Part shown: positions 51,301-60,625 of the stretch, piece by piece | Layout of the letters: each line of letters begins with the position of its first letter | Numbering within the stretch: the stretch's first letter is position 1 | DNA from: a bacterium | GTDB taxonomy: Bacteria; Zhuqueibacterota; Zhuqueibacteria; Residuimicrobiales; Krinioviventaceae | Direction of reading: 5' to 3' | Length of the DNA stretch: 64,000 nucleotides | NCBI GenBank assembly: GCA_963675755.2 | Contig: CAXXMD010000003.1 | Span: 320,001-384,000, forward strand | Program-made: the position numbers and the translations under genes | The notes under the pieces: model-generated | What the model was told of the DNA's origin: nothing | Seen by the model: the letters and a program-made list of their open reading frames with translations, nothing else | The model's database searches: none

Positions 51301-51417
51301 CTCGGGCATCAAATCAATGGAAAGACGGGTAAATGAAACCATACCAATGGTTATTACAATAATAAATATAATTGAAGTCAAAATGGGTCGTTGTACCGGC
51401 CCTTGAGCGATATGCAT
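48337..51417 (-). CDS. RND efflux permease (AcrB/AcrD/AcrF family)
   Basis: GMLVDNSIVVLENI, GIVVNNAILLVD, RLRPIIMTTLTT. Confidence 0.96.
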   Translation of the reverse strand: MHIAQGPVQRPILTSIIFIIVITIGMVSFTRLSIDLMPEITYPTISVSTSYGNIGPQEMEELVTRPIEEAIAAVQGVEEITSTSTEGNSRVRVSFAWGSDLDVAANDIRDRVDRVMGRLPDDIERPQIRKFDLSAFPIMIFGVSSNLNPLDLRQIVEDQVKYRIERVPGVAALNIYGGLMREIHVDLQAEKLKSLGLSPNDILTALRNENRNIPAGLLEKGKMDVLIRTQGEFTSLDQIRNTVITIREGTPIRIRDVAQIEDSWEEVRRLYRVNGKAGLRISVNKQSGANTVKAAEELKKEMERINRDIPQIELVPLIDTSVYIKRSINNVGNSTLVGGFLAILILFVFLRNVSSTAIIATAIPISVVATFALMYFGDFTLNIITFGGLALGIGMLVDNSIVVLENIYRHREEGMDPINSALTGTSEVWSAILASTLTTLVVFFPVIFIRGMSGIMFQQMAYVVSFSLLCSLIVALTLIPMLSSRFLRFRKPGDREHKLLQRIYDRSEKWFQDFETFYSDFLQKALNRKKWVVGSMAVLFILSVFMIRFIGVELMPAADEGEVRVNLEMEVGTRYEILDEITRQVEEIINSEVPEKISVLTMVGGGGRRSSGGHTGEVRVTLVPKAERSRSSDDIAIDLRKKLTSIPGVTIRTRVGQGLFLLRMGTGDAESITVEVRGYNLETAQALAQQVNEAVQRVNGITDTRISREEGSPEELVIIDRQKAADLGLTVSRIGEALETVIGGTYASYYREGGKEYRILVRLNREGRQDMEGLMDITVNNNRGEPVILRNVISTEAKEGPARIERKDQERIISIDANIAERDMGSVVADIRKELQKIPVPRDFAVVFGSDYEEQQRSYRELMFGLILAIFLVYLVMAGQFESFRDPFIVLFSIPMALIGVVLTMILTGTMFTMQAFIGCIMLAGIVVNNAILLVDYTNQLRDKHGVPLLEAIKTAGARRLRPIIMTTLTTALGLLPLSFGLGEGGEAQAPLARVVIGGLLSSTLITLVLIPVVYSIFEKERTRHS

Positions 51418-51454
51418 AATCAGAATCCTTTAAATAATGAATTCCTAATGTGGA

Positions 51455-52609
51455 TTATTGTTGTGAATCAATAACATTTACAGGACTTCCATCTTCCAAA
51501 AGGTGTTGTCCCAATACGACAACCAGCCCCTGCAGAGGAGGATCGACAATTTCTATAATATCTGTCTGAGAAATACCGGTAACAACCGGAACAAATTTCG
51601 CCTTGCTGGCCTCAACATCCACCAGGTACACACCGGTTTCTCCGTTATGATTCACCACCGCATCCCTTGGTACAGTGCAAACATTGTTTTTTTCAGCCAA
51701 TACAACCCGTACATGCGTAAACATACCCGGTTTTAAAATGAGTGAATCATTATCTACCTCTACTTCAAGCTGAGCCACACGAGACGTTTCCTGAAGCATG
51801 GGCGCAATACGTGTTACAATACCGGGAAAAAATCTGCCGGGATAGGCATCCACCTCAACCTGGGCTTCCTGGCCCTCTTTCATCAAAGCATAATCACGTT
51901 CAACAACGGAGGTTTGCACAATCACTTTTTTATAACCGATCACAGATACAATGGGTGAATTGGTTGCAATTAAACCACCTTCATCTACAAAGCGTTCTCC
52001 AATATAACCGGGTTCTGTAGCTTTAAGAATGGTATAACTCAACCGGATCTGTGCCGATTTTAGCGAAGCTTCACGCTGTTCAACCTGTGCGTTAGCAAGT
52101 TCAAGGCGTGAGCTTTGGGCCTCAAAGGTACTGGTAGTTGCATCCAATTCGGATGGTGATGCTATTCCCTTTTGCTGCAATGATTTTACACGGTCCAGTT
52201 CCTGACGGGCAAGTTCATACTGACTTTTGGCTTCTAAAAGCGATGCCTTGGCAATTCTTAAATTAGCTTCAGCTTCAATAACAGCCTGTTCATATTCAGC
52301 AGCATCCAGACTGGCAATAATCTCATCGCGGTCAACCCAGTCCCCAATCCGCTTGTGTATACGTAATATTCTACCCGAAACCTTGGGCGAAACCATATAT
52401 CGATACAAGGGATGGATACTTCCCGTAAACTGACGGGTTTGTTTAATGCCGGTATATTGTACGCTGTCCACCTGTACTGCAACAGGTGGACGTGCCTCCC
52501 GTTCTTCACCTTTGCCTCCGGTAAACAGAGTAACAATTCTCCAGCCCAGAAATACAATAAAGACAACTAGCAGCGGATAAAGGGTCTTTTTTTTCATGTC
52601 TTTTAGCAC
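51455..52609 (-). CDS. RND periplasmic adaptor (MFP)
   Basis: SPKVSGRI, helical hairpin, LKPGMF. Confidence 0.93.
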   Translation of the reverse strand: MLKDMKKKTLYPLLVVFIVFLGWRIVTLFTGGKGEEREARPPVAVQVDSVQYTGIKQTRQFTGSIHPLYRYMVSPKVSGRILRIHKRIGDWVDRDEIIASLDAAEYEQAVIEAEANLRIAKASLLEAKSQYELARQELDRVKSLQQKGIASPSELDATTSTFEAQSSRLELANAQVEQREASLKSAQIRLSYTILKATEPGYIGERFVDEGGLIATNSPIVSVIGYKKVIVQTSVVERDYALMKEGQEAQVEVDAYPGRFFPGIVTRIAPMLQETSRVAQLEVEVDNDSLILKPGMFTHVRVVLAEKNNVCTVPRDAVVNHNGETGVYLVDVEASKAKFVPVVTGISQTDIIEIVDPPLQGLVVVLGQHLLEDGSPVNVIDSQQ

Positions 52610-52872
52610 CTTTTTGATGATTGAGGAAATAAAAAATATTTTTTAACTAAAAAACCAAGTGTGAGAAAATATCGGTAGCAGAGATCAGTATTTAATTATA
52701 AACATACAGCATAACTTGAACACTATTATAAAGTTAGCAATACAGTATATAACGTAAACATGCATTTTTTGTTCTGGGAAACGTAAATCAAACTTGTAAA
52801 ATAGTGTAAAATGCTGATAATCTTTTCAGATCATCAACATTTCGCAATATAATGATAAATAAATTATAAAAT

Positions 52873-53223
52873 CTAGTATTTTTTCAAGAGGGATGAAAGC
52901 CACCAACCCAGCCCACCCAGTATGCCCCCAACAATTCCGGTGACTAAGAACATGACAATTGCAAATTGAGAGGGTAAAAACGTAATTTGTACCAGTTTAC
53001 CGGCAAGCAGCCAACCGGGTGCACCTATAGCAGGTACAATCGCAAGCAGAAACCATGCTAATCCGGCCCCCGCAAATCCTGTCCGAAATGACTTTTTTTG
53101 AACAGAAAACACAAATCCCACTACTATTCCGGCAACCAAGGCAGAGGGCCAGCCGATCAATAAATCCAGTATAATGGTTAACACAAAGAGAATAAGCATA
53201 CCCATCCATGATTTATTTCGCAT
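52873..53223 (-). CDS. Small hypothetical membrane protein
   Basis: 4 hydrophobic helices, overlaps the acylase stop codon. Confidence 0.7.
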   Translation of the reverse strand: MRNKSWMGMLILFVLTIILDLLIGWPSALVAGIVVGFVFSVQKKSFRTGFAGAGLAWFLLAIVPAIGAPGWLLAGKLVQITFLPSQFAIVMFLVTGIVGGILGGLGWWLSSLLKKY

Positions 53224-55786
53224 TCTTCTGCCCTCCCGGAGTTAATGTAAGAACCGATTCAATATTTTTTTCTTCCAACGCATCAGCTGTTTTGGGGTAC
53301 AGCAATTCAAAATACTTTTGATTGTACCACGGCGCAATATTGTCATCATAATGTTTGCTGGCAGGGTTACCGCTTTGCCCGCCGGGGTAAACACCTACTT
53401 TTCGACCATCATCACCCGGCTCTACAACCATTCGCCAGAGCGGACCCACATTCCGGGAAGCATAAGAGATTGTATACCTGCTGCCTTTTAAGGGCAAACG
53501 GGGGTATCCCAGTCCCGGCAGATCGGTTAGATGATCAATATAAAAAGCTCTTTTCTCAGTTCCATATCTCAAGTCTTCTAGTTCGATGCCATTTCGTATT
53601 GCAAACCAATCATAAGCTTTTTTTAGTAAAGAAATAATATAATCATCACGGGTTTCAAGTTCGTCAGTTTGGGTATTATCAAACCATTCCGGACCCGTTT
53701 CATTGAGAAATATGGACTCTGTGGTTTCATTCCGTAAATGGATGAATGACCGGTTGTATTTGCTACGGAATTTATTTTCTATGGGTAATGAAAAATTTAA
53801 TACATGATTAAATATAACCGCAGCACTTGACTCGGGTGTGAAACGGCCGTCCCAGGTTTTAAACATATCATATATTTCACGCAAGATTGGATCATCCATG
53901 CCCTTATTTTCAATCGCTGTAAGCATTATCGGCAAAAGATTTTGCACTCTTGCGTCCACGATATCACACTGTATGCGCTGCATATCCGCAAAAGAGATTT
54001 TTTCTTTGGATTGCAGCAATTGGGTGATGCGCCTGGCGCGAAAGCCTTCTTCCCAGCCGTCTCCCAGGTAATACGGATACCCTTTTCTGACCGGGTACTG
54101 GTTGGCGGAAACCAGAAATCCCTGTTCCGGATTCACACTGTGCGGCATCTGTTCAAACGGAATAAACTTGCTCCAATTCGTTTCTACCCTGCTGCCGTCA
54201 AACTGATAGCGGCCATCACTATTGCTTCTCACCGGCACTTTGGCTGAAGCATACATGCCAATATTTCCGTATACATCCGCATAGGCAATGTAATGGGGAG
54301 AAACAAAATAATCATCCAGTGCCTGTTCGAATTCGTGGTTAGTCTGCGCCCGATTGATGTTACGAAAAGCATTCATCTCGTTAGAGACCTCGTGGCCAAC
54401 CCATCTAAACGCAAATTTACCATTTTTCCAGTTCATTACCGAACCGTGGACTGATTTTTCAAACACACAAAAGCTGTCTTTGCCGTTACGTACTTTGATC
54501 AATACGGTGTCTTTTTCAATCGGCAGCCACGCGCCATCATAGAGATATTTCTCACCACTCTCATCCAACTGCAGCGTAAAGCAGTCCCGTACATCCGCGT
54601 TGAATGTGGTAGATCCCCAGGCCATATAGCGATTAAATCCATAAATAATATAGGGTGTGTTTAGCAAAGCAATACCATACACATCGTATTCGGGACAAAC
54701 CAGGTGCGCTTCGTACCACATGCTGGGCAGGGTGAGCCATACATGTGGATCATGCGCCAGTATCGCCTTGCCGGAAGCGGATTTTTCGGGACTGATCACC
54801 CAGTTGTTGCTGCCAATTCCTCTTATATAGGGTGAGGATTGAGATTCCGGTCCAGAAGCATATACCATCTTTTGCTGATGCCCAGTTTCCGCATTGTTGT
54901 CAACAAACGACACGACTTTATCAGCATCTATTACCAGATTGACTGGCCCCTCATCAGTATCCGAGACCTGCCCCAAACCGGGATGCGGATTCGATTTGCT
55001 GTAAATGGTTCGGTCTTGCGGCGGCACACCATTCTTTTCCGGAATAACAGGCGGAGAGTATGCCGGAAATTCAGGATAAAACCGGTTGTATAGACTGTCC
55101 CCAAAAATCTCCCGCAAATCCGTCTCGGTTTTCTGCCATTCATAGGGATAATATCCTCCGGAACTAAGCTCCCAGGTCAGGGATTTGATCTGGTAAAAAC
55201 ACTGCTTGACGGTCCAGGGCTCCGGGGCATAATTAAACAATTTGAACTCGAGCGGCAATTCTGATGGATTTAATGACGCCATATAGGCATTGATACCAGA
55301 GACATACGCTTCCAGTTCCCCGTATAAGGGACTCCCCTCAAGCGCGGCACAATTACGCTCAGCAGCCGCTACCAGACCCAATTCATGTTTTCTGAAATTG
55401 TCTCGTAAAGCGAATTTTCCGAATACCTCCGCAGACCTTCCCGATGCATTACGCTGTCCGATATCCATCTGCCAGAGCCGGTCCTGTGCCTGCACATAAC
55501 CAAAAGCATAGCACAGGTCTTTTGCATTTTGTGCAAATATATGCGGCACCCCGCGCTTGTCACGAATGACCGTAACCTTGTCACTCAATCCTTCAAGCGT
55601 TACTGACTGCTCCTGTGAATGCTCAGCCTGCCGGGCATTCAGCCACACCCCTTTTGAAGGGTCCAGCAGTTTAGCCAGCGGCGGCATAGGATAAAAACCA
55701 AATCCCAACAACAGAACAATCAATACGGAAGCGATCAATGCGACTACGCTCTTCCAAACAATATACTGCTTTCGATCTTTTTGCAT
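53213..55786 (-). CDS. Penicillin acylase family Ntn-hydrolase (S45), membrane-anchored
   Basis: RD..GVPHIFA, AQDRLWQMD, GSNNW, DPH, SANQ, PGGQSG. Confidence 0.93.
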   Translation of the reverse strand: MQKDRKQYIVWKSVVALIASVLIVLLLGFGFYPMPPLAKLLDPSKGVWLNARQAEHSQEQSVTLEGLSDKVTVIRDKRGVPHIFAQNAKDLCYAFGYVQAQDRLWQMDIGQRNASGRSAEVFGKFALRDNFRKHELGLVAAAERNCAALEGSPLYGELEAYVSGINAYMASLNPSELPLEFKLFNYAPEPWTVKQCFYQIKSLTWELSSGGYYPYEWQKTETDLREIFGDSLYNRFYPEFPAYSPPVIPEKNGVPPQDRTIYSKSNPHPGLGQVSDTDEGPVNLVIDADKVVSFVDNNAETGHQQKMVYASGPESQSSPYIRGIGSNNWVISPEKSASGKAILAHDPHVWLTLPSMWYEAHLVCPEYDVYGIALLNTPYIIYGFNRYMAWGSTTFNADVRDCFTLQLDESGEKYLYDGAWLPIEKDTVLIKVRNGKDSFCVFEKSVHGSVMNWKNGKFAFRWVGHEVSNEMNAFRNINRAQTNHEFEQALDDYFVSPHYIAYADVYGNIGMYASAKVPVRSNSDGRYQFDGSRVETNWSKFIPFEQMPHSVNPEQGFLVSANQYPVRKGYPYYLGDGWEEGFRARRITQLLQSKEKISFADMQRIQCDIVDARVQNLLPIMLTAIENKGMDDPILREIYDMFKTWDGRFTPESSAAVIFNHVLNFSLPIENKFRSKYNRSFIHLRNETTESIFLNETGPEWFDNTQTDELETRDDYIISLLKKAYDWFAIRNGIELEDLRYGTEKRAFYIDHLTDLPGLGYPRLPLKGSRYTISYASRNVGPLWRMVVEPGDDGRKVGVYPGGQSGNPASKHYDDNIAPWYNQKYFELLYPKTADALEEKNIESVLTLTPGGQKNAK

Positions 55787-55810
55787 TCCAGTCTCCCCTC
55801 TGTTTGCAAA

Positions 55811-56371
55811 TCATGTTTTCGGCACGGATTCTGTTAACCTGCTTACAATAACTCCATTTTTCTTCATTTCACAATCACATCGTTCAGAGATGGCTTTTAA
55901 CAGTTCATATTTATCATCAAAATATGCAAGATTAATGCGCGTTGCCTCTGTAGAATATTTATATTTGGTTGGCAAGTGAATGACCAGATACTCAAAATTG
56001 GTACTTTTACGCTTTAAATCCATTTTAACATACTCTACTTTTACTACTTTGTTAAAATCAATTTGTTTTGCTTTTCCCAAGAAATATTTAAAATTCCGGT
56101 AAATTAATACATGATCGTCATAAATAAAAACGGATATAACACGGTATATTAACTTGCCAATTAAAATAATAAAAAGAGGCAAATAGATATAAAGTAATAA
56201 AAGTTTAACTCCTTTTATAATTAAATTGAATGTAAAGCCGCCCTGAGAGAATACAAAAGCAAAAGAAAAAACAAATATTATTGTTAAAAAAACAATATTC
56301 AAGAATTGATCTTTAATAAAAACAAACAACCTTGGCTTGAATTTCAGTACCTGCCCCGAATCAATACTCAT
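55811..56371 (-). CDS. Hypothetical membrane protein, AT-rich
   Basis: Two TM helices then a soluble domain; visibly lower GC than neighbours. Confidence 0.6.
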   Translation of the reverse strand: MSIDSGQVLKFKPRLFVFIKDQFLNIVFLTIIFVFSFAFVFSQGGFTFNLIIKGVKLLLLYIYLPLFIILIGKLIYRVISVFIYDDHVLIYRNFKYFLGKAKQIDFNKVVKVEYVKMDLKRKSTNFEYLVIHLPTKYKYSTEATRINLAYFDDKYELLKAISERCDCEMKKNGVIVSRLTESVPKT

Positions 56372-56491
56372 ATTTCACTCCCCAGCTTTTCATATTGTGC
56401 TACAATAGTCAGAATTAAACAAAACCATCCCCTTGCAGGTCATTCCAAAATAGGATTTTATTCACCATAAATCAACACATTTCTATGTTAA

Positions 56492-56801
56492 ACCTCCGGG
56501 AGGTCTGGCGGACCTCCGGGTGACTGTTGAAAAAGTTCATAATCTTGCAATAATCACCAACTCTCCAACCCATCCGTCAGCTGACGGATGGGTCAAAACT
56601 ACGGTGCAAAGTTCTGCTTCGCAAGCATTTGTAAATTAACAACCTGCCCATCATGAAATTTTCCCAACTTTATAAAAAGGCAATAAAATTTCTCTCTGTG
56701 TCCTTTGTGCCTCTGTGGTTAAGCTTTTAATCTCTCCTGATTGCAACACAGATGTCTGTGTCGCGGAATATTATCATGGGACATTCGTCCCATCCGTGGT
56801 T
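56492..56801. repeat. Mixed palindrome cluster
   Basis: ACCTCCGGGAGGT element at 56492, perfect 26-bp palindrome 56568-56593, CTCTGTG repeats ~56694-56720, type-C copy at 56739 with GGGACATTCGTCCC. Confidence 0.8.
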
Positions 56802-56921
56802 AATTCGCATCCGGATTCTATCTTTATATACAGAAAAACACTTGCCTTGCTCACCAATTTTTAGTAAAATATCCCATCACAATCCCATGAAAACCAATTT
56901 AACCAAATAACAGGACCCGCA

Positions 56922-58340
56922 ATGCCTGAAACTGCTTTTGAACCTGAATTTATTATACCCCGGACCGCAATTAAACAGATCATACAATCTCAACGAGATT
57001 TTTTCAAAACCCAAAAACCGGATTACTCTTTTCGCATGCAACAACTGGCTACGCTCAAAACCGCTATCGAAGCGTATGAATCCGAGTTACTGCTTGCCAT
57101 GGAAAAAGACATGCGCAAACCCCGGTTTGAAGGCTATTTAAGTGACATTGCCTTTACCGTAACAGAGATAGACCTGGCCCTGAAAAGACTAAAATCATGG
57201 ATGAAACCCAAACGCGTTTCTACTCCCATTGCCCATTTGCCCGGCTCCAGTTACATCCATGCCGAACCCTTTGGGGTTACCCTGGTCATGGCCCCCTGGA
57301 ACTATCCCATTTACCTGCTGCTCGTTCCGCTGATTGGCGCCATGGCAGCCGGAAACTGTACCGTTCTAAAGCCCTCAGAGCTGACGCCCAATACCTCGAA
57401 CGTTATTGCCAAAATGTTCAAAGAATATTTTGATCCGGCATATATTGCTGTGGTTGAAGGAGACGGACAAACCGCGCAGGAACTGCTGAATGAAAAATGG
57501 GATTATATTTTCTTTACCGGCAGTCCCGCCATTGGCAAAATAGTCATGCAAGCTGCGGCACAACACCTGACTCCGGTTACCCTTGAACTGGGCGGTAAAA
57601 GTCCCTGTATTGTAGACAAGAACATAAATATGGAAACCGCTGCCCGGCGCATCATCTGGGGAAAATTCCTCAATGCGGGTCAAACCTGCATTGCCCCGGA
57701 TTATTTGCTGGTCCATCAATCCATCAAAGATGCTTTTATTGAACAATGCAAAAAGACATTGCTCGAGTTCTACGGAAGCGATATGGCCAACAGCCCGGAT
57801 CTGGCACGCATCGTCAATGAACGGCACTTTGATCGGTTGAGCAGCCTGCTCAAAGATGCCAACATACTCGTCGGGGGAGAAACCGACCGGGATTCCCGCT
57901 ATATTGCCCCCACTTTGCTGGACGGAGTGGATTGGGAGCATCCCGTTATGCAGGATGAAATATTTGGCCCCATTCTACCAGTACTGGAATTTAGTGATCT
58001 GAATGATGCGATTGAAACCATCAACAGCCACCCCAAACCTCTGGCTTTGTACTTTTTCTCTAATGACAAATCACTACAGAATAAAGTTATTGACGAAACC
58101 AGTTCCGGCGGAGTGTGTATTAACGATACCATCAATCACATTATCCCAAACAATCTGCCTTTTGGCGGCGTGGGCACCAGCGGTATGGGCGCATACCACG
58201 GTAAAGCCAGTTTCGATATTTTCTCACATCACAAAAGCACGCTCAAGCGCTCTTTTCTTTTAGATATAAAAATAAAATACGCACCCTATACTGTAAAAAT
58301 CGAACACGCAAAAAAACTTTTAAAGCTGATGACGGGATAA
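56922..58340 (+). CDS. Aldehyde dehydrogenase (ALDH3-like)
   Basis: PWNYP, KPSE, FTGS, LELGGKSP, NAGQTCIAPD, EIFGP, PFGGVG.SG. Confidence 0.96.
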   Translation: MPETAFEPEFIIPRTAIKQIIQSQRDFFKTQKPDYSFRMQQLATLKTAIEAYESELLLAMEKDMRKPRFEGYLSDIAFTVTEIDLALKRLKSWMKPKRVSTPIAHLPGSSYIHAEPFGVTLVMAPWNYPIYLLLVPLIGAMAAGNCTVLKPSELTPNTSNVIAKMFKEYFDPAYIAVVEGDGQTAQELLNEKWDYIFFTGSPAIGKIVMQAAAQHLTPVTLELGGKSPCIVDKNINMETAARRIIWGKFLNAGQTCIAPDYLLVHQSIKDAFIEQCKKTLLEFYGSDMANSPDLARIVNERHFDRLSSLLKDANILVGGETDRDSRYIAPTLLDGVDWEHPVMQDEIFGPILPVLEFSDLNDAIETINSHPKPLALYFFSNDKSLQNKVIDETSSGGVCINDTINHIIPNNLPFGGVGTSGMGAYHGKASFDIFSHHKSTLKRSFLLDIKIKYAPYTVKIEHAKKLLKLMTG

Positions 58341-58369
58341 TCAAGTATATTGAATGATATAAAGGAAAA

Positions 58370-58423
58370 TACAAATTACTCAATATATTGAGTAATTTTA
58401 CTCAACGTGCTGAGTAATTTGTA
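58370..58423. repeat. Double palindrome TTACTCA-N6-TGAGTAA x2
   Basis: tacaaATTACTCAatatatTGAGTAAttTTACTCAacgtgcTGAGTAAtttgta, between convergent genes. Confidence 0.8.
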
Positions 58424-58500
58424 AGAATTTAGTAAACATGAATAAACTTTATTGGCCCCTAAAATTCACAACTGAAAACTGATTACTGATATATGTAAAG

Positions 58501-59760
58501 TCAATTCTCCACATCCCAGAACAACGCATCTTTTTGGGGTCTGGCATCGAGGACCCGTTTTTTTAAGGTATTTAGTTTGCCCTCAATATCTTTTTGCAGG
58601 ACATCGGGACCCACTTCCATATCAATGCCCACACCACCGCAGCTTGGCAGCCACAATTTGATCGTTTCGGTACCATTTTCAATTTCACGTGTATGTTCAA
58701 ACCTCTCAATGCGGGAGATCCCTTCCAGCGTTTTGGGTACCGGTGTATCACCAACCGCATGCTGTTCCAGAAGATAATCCATATCCACGATATTCCGGAG
58801 TTTGTAATACTCCATCAGCTTGGCAAGTGCAACCAGACGAAACAGTTCCTCAAGCTCTGCATACAAGGGCTCGGTCTCTGCCAGCTCCTGATAATGTGAG
58901 GTAAAATTATTCGTAAACGCCTCCGCCATGGGATCAGCTTTTCCGGAACCCATCAATTTCTTTTCCGACGAGTGCAGATATTGCGATTCTGTCAACAGCG
59001 TTACAGGACAATCATCAATCTTTGCAACCTGATCATCATAACTGAACTGATAATCACCGGGATAAAACCAGAACCGATTCATGGAAGCAATTCCCACGGT
59101 AATAGAATTGCCTACCCTGATATCCGTTTCCATCTGTGATTTTACAGCAGGTAATAATCCGGTAATACCGTTTACATCCGGCACAAACGAACCATCTACA
59201 ATGCGTTTTAACAGGTAATCCGCATCTACCATAACCGAAGCAAACCGGGACTCGAATGGAATGCCAAACACCCGCACAGTCTGGGGCAATTTACAGATAT
59301 CATGCCACATCTCAATCACAGTGTCTTTGGCTTCAGCATCGGTTACGGAATTCAAGCGTTGAGACAATTCATTCAATTGCGCCAGCACTTTTGCATTCGG
59401 ATCTATAGAACAACCGGGATTGCTGTAATAATAAGTATTATCTTTCAACTCGGCATAAACCATCCACGCATTTCGTAATGCGATCACAAAATCATTTGTG
59501 TACAGCGGCATACGGTCCTCTAATACCTGACCATACACTACAACATCCTGGTTCTCTGCATCCGTTACAAATCCATCAACCCGGTTGATTCCACACAAAT
59601 ACAGCAAAATGGCATTATCCGTATCTTTACCTGCCTGCTCCCATTGATCTTGAAACTGTGTCAATGAAAACGCACGGGTACCTGCAAAAGACGCTGCCGG
59701 TCCTGTAAAACCGGCAGCAATCATATAAACTATCAAAATAAATATAAAATAACGTCTCAA
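58501..59760 (-). CDS. Secreted DUF1598-like protein
   Basis: Signal peptide; GCSIDP, VFGIP..SRFA..MVDADY.LKRI, RFWFYP motifs recalled for DUF1598. Confidence 0.6.
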   Translation of the reverse strand: MRRYFIFILIVYMIAAGFTGPAASFAGTRAFSLTQFQDQWEQAGKDTDNAILLYLCGINRVDGFVTDAENQDVVVYGQVLEDRMPLYTNDFVIALRNAWMVYAELKDNTYYYSNPGCSIDPNAKVLAQLNELSQRLNSVTDAEAKDTVIEMWHDICKLPQTVRVFGIPFESRFASVMVDADYLLKRIVDGSFVPDVNGITGLLPAVKSQMETDIRVGNSITVGIASMNRFWFYPGDYQFSYDDQVAKIDDCPVTLLTESQYLHSSEKKLMGSGKADPMAEAFTNNFTSHYQELAETEPLYAELEELFRLVALAKLMEYYKLRNIVDMDYLLEQHAVGDTPVPKTLEGISRIERFEHTREIENGTETIKLWLPSCGGVGIDMEVGPDVLQKDIEGKLNTLKKRVLDARPQKDALFWDVEN

Positions 59761-59770
59761 AAAAACCTCA

Positions 59771-60469
59771 TTATTTCATTTTAGCAAGTTTATTGAGATC
59801 AATCTTGTCAACGGCTTTTTTAATATCATCCATATCTACATTATTACCATCAACTTTAACAACAAACCGCTCTGCCACAAACAAGGTTACCTGACCATAT
59901 TCCTGATCTTTGTCCCAGCTTTCAAATGCCCGGTGTCCCTTGATAGTTGTGGTTTTTTCATAACCGGAATCACCTTCCTGGTCTATATCAGTTGCCAGCC
60001 ATGCAAGCTGGGTCATCCTTACCAGCTTGTTCATATTACCCATATCCGTGATCTCGATCTCTATAGAACCCCCGTCATTGTTCTCATATTCCGCGGTAGC
60101 CTGTGAAATCTTCATACCCAATGCAGAGGTCTTTTCTCCACTAGCATCGGTTCTGTTCAGGCCTCGTAAATCACCAGGCAGCAAAGATTTTAGATCTTTA
60201 TAATCAACCGGTTCAACTTTGGAATCAACCACTTCATCACTCATTTGTCCCAGGGCTTTAGCCATTTCTTCCATACCTTTGGCCATCTCTTCCATGCCCT
60301 CGCCAAAGCCTTCAGCCATTTTTTCACCAGCCTTGGCCATTTGCTCACTTGCTTCCTCCATTTGGCGTTCTGCTTTTTCCATCTGTTTTTCTTCAGGTGA
60401 TTTTCCACATCCGTTTAAAACAGATATAACCAGTACAGTGGAAACCAGAATGATCAAACAGCGTTTCAT
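59771..60469 (-). CDS. Hypothetical lipoprotein with Met/Glu-rich coiled coil
   Basis: Lipobox LNGC; EQMAKAGEKMAEG repeats. Confidence 0.7.
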   Translation of the reverse strand: MKRCLIILVSTVLVISVLNGCGKSPEEKQMEKAERQMEEASEQMAKAGEKMAEGFGEGMEEMAKGMEEMAKALGQMSDEVVDSKVEPVDYKDLKSLLPGDLRGLNRTDASGEKTSALGMKISQATAEYENNDGGSIEIEITDMGNMNKLVRMTQLAWLATDIDQEGDSGYEKTTTIKGHRAFESWDKDQEYGQVTLFVAERFVVKVDGNNVDMDDIKKAVDKIDLNKLAKMK

Positions 60470-60625
60470 TGTTGCCTCCTTTTATCATAATTACATTTTT
60501 TTACAAGATATTGTCAATATACGAAAAAAAAATTGACTCGTTACTCATTTTTTTCTATTTTCATTGAATAAAATGTTGTTTTGTGTTTATCATCACAAAG
60601 CAAACATTCAGGAAAATGTATACAA

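Noticed and set aside
46008-57941. Long antisense ORFs (46008-46649, 50216-50893, 57375-57941)
   Set aside because: Fully antisense to well-supported genes and carry no motifs.
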